This document shows positions 50,410 through 60,105 of a stretch of DNA of 64,000 bases, piece after piece. Positions within the stretch are counted from its first letter, which is position 1, and the number at the start of each line of letters is the position of its first letter. Position numbers and translations under genes: made by a program. This DNA is from Chiloscyllium plagiosum (Eukaryota): the NCBI RefSeq assembly GCF_004010195.1, contig NC_057713.1:92531147-92595146 (forward strand). Reading direction: 5' to 3'. The notes beneath the pieces are model-generated. The model was not told the DNA's origin. It saw only the letters and a list, made by a program, of their open reading frames with translations, and searched no databases.

Positions 50410-51700
50410 GAAACATGGAACAGTACAGCAGAAAAGAAAAGCATTAAGCACAGGAGAGCTGTCCAACTCAACCCACTCCCTTGTTCTCACCCCCATGACC
50501 CTGTAAAAGTTTCCTTTCTAACATTTGTCAAATGCCCTTTTGATTAATAATCAATCTGCTTCAAACACTCTAAGGCAGTGATTTCCCAGATCACAACTTA
50601 TTGAATAAAAACTTCTCTCTCTCTTCTGGCTTCCTTCACTTATTCTAAGTCAGTGTCCTTTAGTATCAAGTTTTTTACCATTGTAAGCAGTTGCAACTTA
50701 GTTATGATGAGGAGATGCCGGAGTTGGACTCAGCGGACAAGATCAAAAATCAGACAACACCAGTCTATAGTCAAACAGGTTTATTTGCAACTTAATTACT
50801 TTCACATAACTCTTCTAGATCTGAACAATTCAACTGAATCTCTCTTTTGCCTTTTCTGCTTTAAGGAGACAATCACAGTTTCTTAAGTCTCCCCACAGAA
50901 TGGTTACCAATTAAGTAAATCCCCTCACTACACTCTCTAAAGCCTTTAAATTCCATTTCAAAGTGTGGTTACTTCCAAAATATGGGATACAATACTTCAG
51001 ATGGGATCTAACCAGTGTTTGATAACTTCATAACTTCCTTGTTTTTATACTGTATGTTGCTATTTATAAAATCATGAATCCTATATGCCTTTGTTCAAAT
51101 GGATGGATATGGGCCGGGTGCTGGCAGGTGGGACTAGATTGGGTTGGGATATCTGGTCGGCATGATGGATTGGACCGAAGGGTTTGTTTCCATGCTGTAC
51201 ATCTCTATGATTCTAATTGTCTACATGCATGTTCAGATCATGCACCTCCTTTGAAATTGCACCAATTCACTTATATTTCTTCTATTCAATCTTCCCACTA
51301 AAAGCAATCACCTCAACCTCCCTCGTATTACATTTCATCTGGCATGTTGTCCACCCATGTCATCAGTCTATCTTTGCTCTCCTAAAGTCTGTTACTATTT
51401 TTCCCCTCATTGTTCCATGTTCGTTGCAAACTTTGAATTATGCCCTAGTCCAGTTTATTTAGAGACTTTCCTCCAGTCTAGGAAACAAATATTCACCACT
51501 ACTCTCTGCTTTCTGTCCCTTAGCCAATTGCATATTTGCACAGCCACTGACTACTCCTTGAATCTCAGGCTTCAATTTTGCTAATTAGTCTATTATGTGG
51601 TATTTATCAAACACCTTTTGAAAGCTAATAGATACAACATCAAAAGCACTACCTTTAGCCACTTTCTGCCATGATATCAAAATAGTTCAATCCTGCACTC
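50410..51700 (-). mobile_element. Degenerate CR1 LINE, with a Penelope tail fragment (about 50705-50790) and a plus-strand HER1 tail (about 51100-51215) inserted
   Basis: CR1 3'UTR at 50410-50600 and RT motifs (atcaaacaccttttgaaagctaatagatacaacatc); the inserts match 57540-57630 and 43020-43130 respectively. Confidence 0.55.
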
Positions 51701-52454
51701 TTTTTGTGTACAAGATGAGATATTTGTAAATTTAACATTTCAAGGGGAACATATTTTAACAGTGTGAATTACATCACTAAACTTAATTTTAAACCCAGGG
51801 AAGGGACTGTAGAAATCTCCAAACATTTCTTTTTACTCAATGCAATCCAGTCATTATGCTTAGGAGCTGATATTCCATTAGGATCACAAATACCTTTAGT
51901 GAGATTGGTACAATCAGTATACCACATACTTCACTTTTTCCAGCCTGTAAAAGTTACTTTCGTTCTAAACTACACAGAATCTCTCTGTTGCTGCAAAAAA
52001 AGTTTTCAAAATAAAGTTGGGAATTTTTGCAGCTTTTCTTGCTGCATTGTGGTAAAGTGCAATGCCAGGCTATGTTTAGTCTATTAGCAGGCAATGTTTA
52101 GCCTACGAATATGGATTGTGCTTGGGGGGTCATCTACTGGGACATTGAGTTGTAACTAATGGAGATTGTGTGGAACAGAGTTAACTACCTGTGTTGTTTT
52201 TTGGCACTGCTCTGGGAAGTTATCACAGTTTGTTTCAAAACTAACCACACCAGAGGAATCTTTTAACACTCTCAAACTCCTTCCATTCATACACTTCAAC
52301 AAGACCTGTGCTACATTCAAGCTCCAACCCTTTCAACCACACAGACACAGGTGTCAGGTTTCTCCCCACAACATGAGCAACCCAGATAATAATGAATATA
52401 GATAAACAGGGACTTGATCTGGAATCATTGAATCAATACAGTGAAGAAAGAGGC

Positions 52455-52757
52455 TGTACCGACTCTCTGAAGAGCATTCCACCCAAAGCCAGCTCCCTAC
52501 CCTATCCCCGTAACCCTGCATTTCCCCTGGCTAAACCACCTAGTCTGCACAACCCTGGACACTATGGGCAATTTAGCATGGCCAATCCACCTAAACTTCG
52601 CATTTTGGACTGAAAGAGGAAACTGGAGCACTTGGCAGAAACCTATGCAGGCACAGAGAGAACATGCAAACTTCACACACGAGTCACCCAAGGCTGGAAT
52701 CGAACCCAGGTCCCTGGTGCTGAGAGAGACAGCAGTGCTAACCATTGAGCCACTGTG
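52455..52757 (-). mobile_element. HE1-type V-SINE (diverged)
   Basis: gggcaatttagcatggccaatccacctaa...gaatcgaacccaggtccctggtgctg...agtgctaacc. Confidence 0.8.
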
Positions 52758-54122
52758 CAACCCACTGGGTCCCATCAGGGTCAAAGGCCAGAATGGATGG
52801 GTGTGTACACTACCTTTACATTGGATTCCCCAGCTCCTTCCAGCCACTCCGAGGCAATTTTCAAAGAGTTGGTGTGAGTAGGGTAGGCAATCGCAGGGAT
52901 ACCCTTCTGCATGCATCAGGTAGACAATCAGGTTCTTTAAGAGCCACTTAAAAACTAACTGAAGGAAGGTGACTGGAACTCTGCAGTCAGCCTCCAGGTT
53001 CCCTCAGAGGGCTTCTTCTTGTTAGTAGCAGTGTCCCTACCTCCGGGACTGAAGATTCCAGAGTCAAATCCCACCTATCCTAAAAGCATGTCATAACACA
53101 ATCCAAGGTTGATTGGAAATATTTTATAAGGTTCTTGAGGAAGAGAGTTTCAAGTCTCACCCGTTCCAGAGCTGTGCCAATACATCAAAACAGGTTGATT
53201 TTCCCTCAGGCAGTTTAACTACGTGAAACACTGTGCTCAAAGCAAGCCTTGGGACCCTTGGTGCTAGGATTGCCTACTTACACAGGGGCATACTGAGGGA
53301 GACGTAGATGAAAGTTACAGCAGGTAAATTTCTTCACAAGCTCAATTCCTTATCTAGCTCATACTCTGCCATAACAGCCCACCTCCTTTGGCTGAACACC
53401 TGCAGTTTTAGTTCATCGATTTTTTTTTGGCTTCTCCCTGCTCTTCCTCACAACTTCCACTTTGGGGTATTTTAAATGTTTAATTTTGGTTTCCAAAGTG
53501 AGTTGTGTTCAATGTCCCAAAATTAGAAGAAAACAAATAAAACAATATTTATGCTGCACTGACTGAGTTAATAGCACATCACATTTGGAATCAGCAACAG
53601 GTCTAACTGAAATGACTCGTGTTGGAAATGTTGATATCTAACTGTATTAATCTCGTAGCTCTATTTATAGCACAAACAGCTACGTCAATTCCATTTGCAG
53701 AACTTGCAAGTGCTCAGCACATAAACAGAGTCCACTGTCTTTGAACGGTGGATTTGCCCTGGTGGCTCAGCTCAGGGGTTGTCCCTGTTGCTGAGCTCGA
53801 TGGCTGATGCCTTGCAACCTAAAACCTTGGTCACATTCACTGATCTGAGGTTTTCTCAGCACCGAGTGGCATCAACGATATCATTCTACAAATGGTTGTC
53901 TTTCCCAAGATAATGATCAGAAACAATCCCATCAATTCAAATTCAAGTTTATATTGTCAATTTATATGTCTTCTTCTAGCGATAAGTGCAAGGAAGGGTA
54001 AAAGAGAATCCTTTATCATCTTCTGGATTGTGTCTGAAAACCACTGAGAGATTGATGATGAATCTGATCGAATCCTGGCCCTTGAAGGAGGCTGAAAACC
54101 CAATCCATGGCAGTAGCTTCCA

Positions 54123-54447
54123 AGGGGAGACAATGTTATAGTGGTATTATCACTGGACTGTTAACCCAGGTAATGTTCTAGGGACCTGGCTTTGAAGCCT
54201 GGCAGGGCAGACACAGAATATGAACTCAATAAAATTCTGGAATTAAGAATCTGATCGTGACCACAAACTGATTATCATAAAAACAACCCAATCTTGTCCA
54301 CTAATGTCCTTTAGGGAAAGAAACTGCCATCCTTTACTTGTCTGGTCTACATGTCACTCCAGGCCCACAGCAATGTGGTTGACTCTTAACTGCCCTCTGA
54401 GATTGGCAATAAATGTTGGCCCAGCCAGCGATGACGTTATCTCGTGA
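54123..54447 (+). mobile_element. tRNA-derived SINE with a LINE-like 3' tail
   Basis: Head tgttatagtggtattatcactggact...ggacctggctttgaagcc, body ctaatgtcctttagggaaagaaactgcc...ctacatgtcactccaggcccacagcaatgtgg, tail ggcaataaatgttggcccagccagcgatg. Confidence 0.7.
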
Positions 54448-55119
54448 TAGCCAATGACTGACCACACCCTATAACACTGCTCCCCAAATCCTCAACCCTT
54501 AAGGTCGACTGACTGCAAAATGCCAATTTTTTAACATTAAATTTTAAATGTTTGGAGAGAAGTTGCCTCTACCTTGTAAACCTATCTTCTTGCTAACCTT
54601 CCAGTGCATCTTATAGCTGCTTTCAAACTGGAATGCCAGTGATCAGACCTGCAGCCTCAAACCCTGCCAGCATCCTTAAATTGACAACGAGACTGTCCTC
54701 CTGCTATTGGACCAGCCATCCTGAAGAAAAGCACAAGTGTTACTGTTTCCTACAAACACAATGGAGCTTGAAGGAATCGATCCTTTACACAATAATTCTT
54801 TCAGAGGAAGTCAATTGACTAAGAGATTCAGATCATACGGCAAAGAAAAGCAGCCTACAAATATACTGATGTCATGCCCAACTTACAGACACTCAAAAAT
54901 CCATCAGGTTGGCATCAGGGCTTTGTGTGGGTGCACGTTTCATGCGGAATTATGAGCATCCCAAGCAGATGGTAGGCCCTGTACATTTGGATGTGTGTCT
55001 ATTTTGAGATTTCTGTCCACAGTTAGGCAGTCTTGAATATATGATAGGATAAGAGTCTATATCTGACCTGATCGGTGGTTGTTAAAAGGACCCTGGAGGC
55101 TGCTTATAAAAGCCAAGTG

Positions 55120-55845
55120 ATACTTGCATTACACAAGTGCCAGGAAATGAACATCTACAATGACAGAAAATCTAACCATTTTCTTTGACATTCAAAGGCA
55201 TCACCATTGCTGAAATCTCTACTGTTATGATCCCGGAGTTACAATTGATCAAAAATTTAAATGGACCAGCCATGTAAATACTGTGGCTACAAGAACAGGT
55301 CAGAAACTGGGAATCCTGCAGTGACTAACTCACCCTTGACACCCCAGTACTTGTCCTTTATCTGTAAGGTGCAAGGCATCATGCCTGGATGAGTGTTGCT
55401 CCATCAATACTCCAGACACTTGACACCATCCAAGACGAAGCAGCCCAGTTAATTGGCATTCCATCTATGTTCATTATTGACCTGATGCAAATTGCAGCAG
55501 TGTGTACCATCCATAAGATCCACTGCAGCAACATCAAAGGTTCTTTAACAGCACTGTTCAAATCCACAACCTGTGTTACTTAGAAGGACAAGGGCAACAA
55601 TGCATGGGAAAAATATTGCAATTTCCTATCCAAGTCCTTCATAATCCTGACTTGAATCCATACCACCGTTCCCTTGTTGTCACTGGCTCAAAATCCTGAA
55701 GTTCTTTTTCTAACAGCGCTGTAGGTGCTCCTTCACCAGGTGGAGTGAAATGGTTCAGTGCAGCTGCTCACCACCACCACCTTGATGGAAATTAAAGATG
55801 AATAATAAAAACTGGTCTTGCCAGTGACGCTTACATGCAAAGAAT
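55120..55845 (+). mobile_element. Degenerate LINE 3' region (CR1/L2 group, clade uncertain)
   Basis: AWMSVAPSILQTLDTIQDEAAQLIG, AAVCTIHKIHCSN and GSKS*SSFSN motifs; ends gctcaccaccaccaccttg...aataaaactggtcttgccagtgacgc. Confidence 0.7.
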
Positions 55846-56764
55846 TAATTAAAGAAGATATGTTTTAAAACTCCACCCATCTCTGGCAGAGTCCCAGTGA
55901 CTACTGTCAGATATCTCTAGATGTCCCCTTACCCTCTCAATAGCTTCCACAAAACCAACATAATCAAAGATTTACATTATGGTCATTCCAGACAACACAG
56001 TAACTCAAAATGTGCATCTGCTTTCCTGATAAATGGTTGGGACCACATTGTGAACATCAACAGCTCTGGTCTGACTTTACATAAGACCCAATGTTGAATT
56101 TTGTATCGGCATTTCCAGTGCAGTGTTAACATTGGCCCCTGTACCCTATCAGCATTAGGGTGGTAAAAACAGCTGGCCTGCACTGTCCAGCTCTAACCCC
56201 AAAGACATGGAAGGCCATGCTTTTGAGGATTTGAAGTTGTCATATAAAAATTCTGGGGGTGTATAAACATCAACATAAAAGACTATTTTAAAACATAGTT
56301 TAAATATGTCATTCTGAAACATTATATTTTAAGGTCTTTTAAAACATACCCTCTTTTGTACTTTAGAAAATTCAGTTATTACAAAAAATACATTTAAATT
56401 CTTTTAAGGCAATTTGAATGAATTCATTGATATTCAGTTGAGCAATTTCATTAATACATTCTGTTAATTGGGCATTTTTGATGTTCTTTGTGATTTTTCA
56501 TTGGTAATTTATATGTTATTTCTCAATATTTTGATTTGTGCATCCTTATCACTTCAGTTTTGGATATTACTTCAAACCTGTCTTGAATGTATGAGCTTTA
56601 TAAATTATTTTAGAGGATGTGGGCACCACTGACATAAAGGGATACAATGAAAACATACAACAGTTCTATGGGCCAGGATGAATTAAAAATCTGTGCAAGA
56701 GCTGCTGCTAATTACACACTTTTACGTTGTTGTGGTTCTGTTCGCCGAGCTGGGAGTTTGTGTT

Positions 56765-56804
56765 GCAGACGTTTCATCCCCTGTCTAGGTGACATCCTCA
56801 GTGC
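56765..56804 (-). ncRNA. Minimal hammerhead motif, opposite-strand twin of 57182-57221
   Basis: Minus strand GCA CUGAGGA uGUCaCCUagacAGGgGAU GAAA CGUC UGC (G-U instead of G-C at the base of helix II). Confidence 0.68.
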
Positions 56805-57181
56805 TTGGGAGCCTCCTGTGAAGCGCTTTTGTGATGTTTCCTCCGGCATTTATAGTGGTTTGAATCTGCCGCTTCCGGTTGTTAGTTCCAGCTGTCCGTT
56901 ACAGTGGTCGGTATATTGGGTCCAGGTCGATGTGCTTATTGAGTGAATCTGTGGATGAGTGCCATGCCTCTAGGAAATCCCTGGAGTGTTGTCCTAGTCG
57001 AATTCAGAGAACAGCCAGGGAATTCCTAGAGGCATGGCACTCATCCACAGATTCACTCAATAAGCACATCGACCTGGACCCAATATCCCGACCACTGCAA
57101 CGGACAGCTGGAACTGACAACCGGAAGCGGCAGATTCAAACCACTACAAATGCCAGAGGAAACATCACAGAAGGCTCCCAA

Positions 57182-57221
57182 GCACTGAGGATGTCACCTA
57201 GACAGGGGACGAAACGTCTGC
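57182..57221 (+). ncRNA. Minimal type I hammerhead ribozyme motif
   Basis: GCA CUGAGGA u GUC a CCU agac AGG g GAC GAAA CGUC UGC: helix I GCA/UGC, helix II, intact core, predicted cleavage after C57218. Confidence 0.78.
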
Positions 57222-57435
57222 CACACAAATTCCCAGCTCGGCGAACAGAACCACAACGAGCACCAAGCTACAAATCTTCTCACAAACCTTTATACACTTT
57301 TACCCTAAGCATTTTGAGCTAATTCTATTGTCTTCATAATATTCAACAAATATTTCTCGTCCTGCCACATAAGGCAACTGCATTTGGGAAGCCAACTTGC
57401 TTTACTTGCACTTAAAACAACGGATGTAATTAAAG

Positions 57436-57632
57436 TTAAAAATCGCACAACACCAGGTTATAGTCCAACAGGTTTAATTGGAAGCACACTAGCTTTTGGA
57501 GCGACACTCCTTCATAAGGAGCGTCGCTCCGAAAGCTAGTGTACTTCCAATTAAACCTGTTGGACTATAACCTGGTGTTGTGAGATTTTTAACTTTGTAC
57601 ACCCCAGTCCAACACCAGCATCTCTGAATCAT
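57436..57632. mobile_element. Fold-back Penelope-like fragment (third family), hammerhead truncated at the fold-back point
   Basis: Arms about 57432-57512 and 57516-57596; aGGAGC guc GCUCC GAAA GCUA gug retained but CUGAUGA lost; tail to 57632; 13-bp TSD gatgtaattaaag at 57423-57435 and 57633-57645. Confidence 0.82.
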
Positions 57633-58939
57633 GATGTAATTAAAGATATGCAACAGAGCGTCATCAAATCATTAAACCCCACTTTTACTTCAGATTCATT
57701 TAAGTTTTTTTTCTTTTGCTGAGCAGTTATCTCGATTCTATGCAAACAAAAGTCAAATAATTTTTTGGCCCAGACTTGTGAGGCTAGTGCGTGATGGATT
57801 CCATTCTCATATGCTTTCCTTTAATACTAACAGTGAAATTAGTTAAAATTTTCTGTGGGCTGCTGCAAGGGATGATCAATCCCCGCCCTCTGCCCCCAAC
57901 CCCATTTTTAATCCAGTTGAACCATATTGTGATTTTAGAAACTGAGTTGATGCTGACTGAAGGACGAAGTTTAGCACGTTTAAGGTGTATTGAAGAGAGA
58001 TTTTTTAAACAGTACAGCTCTTGATTCTGTCTGCAAGTGAGTCATTAAATGTCACCAAGAAACCTTGTAATAATAAAAATAGAAGATAATAAAGGCATAA
58101 ATACTAACAATAGCATAAATACTAATTAAGAATAGGCATTAGTTATATTCTTAGTTCAAATCCTGTTCAATCCATTTCCCAGTTCCAGATTTTGTGTCTT
58201 TCTCGACACAGGACCTGGTTCCCATCATCTCCACACAACTCCAGCAGGCGACACATCAAGCAGTCCACATTCAGACAGGGATAAGATCATCGCTATAGCT
58301 GTTAGAGGTTTGGAGCCTAAACTCTGGCTCCACATTACTGTGGGAGTTGAGATGAAAAGGAGAGTATGAAACATGTAGAATAAAGGAAAAGGGAGAGAAA
58401 CCAGACAAGTGATGTGGTGGTGGCGTGTTAGAGATCACTCAGGGAATCAGAGTTGCTGTGGCAACATGCACTTTTACATGTAAGCCCTAGCTTGAGCTAT
58501 GGATAATGATAATAGATGTACCAATATTCTTTCCATCAGATAGATGACCAGAAATTTTTCCCACACTTATCGCCTGCCAGTGGCACATATGGGAAGGATT
58601 TGCAGTTTGATACTCACCTTCCTTGGTTATCAAGTTCAACGGTAGGACCTTACACCAAATCTACTGGCTCAGAGGCAGGAATGCTACTCATTGCAGCCAA
58701 AGGCCATTTAAAGGACATAAAAGGTAACAAACATAAACGTGAAGAAATACAGAATGAGAACTAGAAACAAAAAATGTGTGCGATTCAAGTAAGGAATGAA
58801 ACTTACATAAGGAAAGACTTACAAAATTGGAGAAAGAGTGCCAGACAGTAGAAGGAGTACATGTGAGACAAAGCAGCCGAATAAGAGAGTACAAAAATAA
58901 ATAAATTATGAAAGAGCAATTGGGATTAGGAATTCTAGA

Positions 58940-59032
58940 CAAGTTATGTTGGACTCAAAATGCTAATGTTGTTTCTCTCTCCACAGATGCTGCCAGACCT
59001 GCTGAGATTTTCCAGCATTTTCTATTTTTAGA
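58940..59032 (+). mobile_element. Old Penelope pLTR fragment
   Basis: gtttctctctccacagatgctgccagacctgctgagattttccagcattttc resembles the gatgctgcctgacctgctg...ttttccagca arm of the younger copies. Confidence 0.55.
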
Positions 59033-59834
59033 AATGAATTATGTAATGGAAAATCAGAATAATGTCAGTTGCATGGAGAGGGATTATATTTTCTCTAATT
59101 ACTGTCAGCAAGCAAACGCACATATCAATGAGATTTAATAAAGAAACACTGAATTTCAAGATGTACGACTACTATTATTGTCAACCAATTTATACTCTAT
59201 CATTTCATAAGCACGAAAGGAAACTTGCTTGTTGTTCATTAACTTGAAACATTTCTGCAAATGGGAAACTGCAGAAAATGATAAAAGGTGCGAAAAATCA
59301 GCGTAAGGCCTGGCAATGTCTGAATCATGGATCTTGTGCATTATGATAACATTTACTTATCATTTGTCTCGCTTAAAAACTGTTTAATGTAATTTTAAAA
59401 AATATTTCACAGCATCCTAATAGTTTGTAATCAAAACAGTAGAGAATGAAATATAGGCTAACTTTATACCAATTAGTCTAAAATGTTCAACTGAAGTTAA
59501 CAAGACAGGCATTGACGGTTAAACAGAACTACGCCTCAGACAAAATAAACACTAATGGTCTAGAAGCAATACTATAACTTCACATAATTACCAACTAAAT
59601 TGCTTTCAAATTTTAAAGTTGAGTTATAGTGACAGATTCTGAATAGGGATCAAACTTTGCTGTGTGCTTAGAAATATGAAGCTCTTGAAGCTGTTTATAT
59701 TTTCCATAGATGAAATTCCTGCCAACCCGTCATGAGATCAGTACCAACGAAAGCTTTTGGAAGGTCAAAATTGTACATTAATACGTGATCTTAGTTGTTG
59801 TGAATCACCAGTTGGGCTTGAAAGAAAGATGTGG

Positions 59835-60105
59835 ACTCATGTAATATATGTTACTCTCTCAGGGTGCCCCAAAGTGCCCTATGGTCAGTAAATTATTTCT
59901 GAAGTGTAGTTACTGTTATTGTACAAGAAATGAGCAGCTAAATTATACGCAATAAGCTCCTCCAATAAGTAATGAAATATATGATCAGATCATTTGTTTT
60001 TAGCTGGCTGCGGGAATACAGGTTGGCCAGGAAACCAGGAGAACTCTCCTCCTCCTCCTTTTCTTTGGAATAGTGCCATCCATTTGAGAGGGCAGATGGT
60101 CTCAA
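59835..60105 (-). mobile_element. Deu-domain SINE fragment
   Basis: gaagtgtagttactgttattgtac...ttggccaggaaaccaggagaactctcc...gaatagtgccat...gagagggcagatgg. Confidence 0.6.

Larger units (their letters stand above)
56726..57289. mobile_element. Long fold-back Penelope-like fragment (second family) including the end of the GIY-YIG endonuclease ORF and a hammerhead
   Basis: Arms about 56729-56984 and 57015-57257 (about 250 nt, some mismatches and one indel); RTAREFLEAWHSSTDSLNKHIDLDPISRPL resembles a PLE ORF C-terminus; tail to 57289; 14-bp TSD with one mismatch (ttacacacttttac 56712-56725, ttatacacttttac 57290-57303). Confidence 0.85.

Noticed and set aside
18516-52757. All five HE1-type SINEs lie on the minus strand
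   Set aside because: Five of five on one strand has a two-sided probability of 1/16; too few to claim a bias
58516-58764. DTHLPWL peptide reminiscent of an NFATC2 alternative C-terminus
   Set aside because: Wrong strand and wrong side of the exon; short chance match
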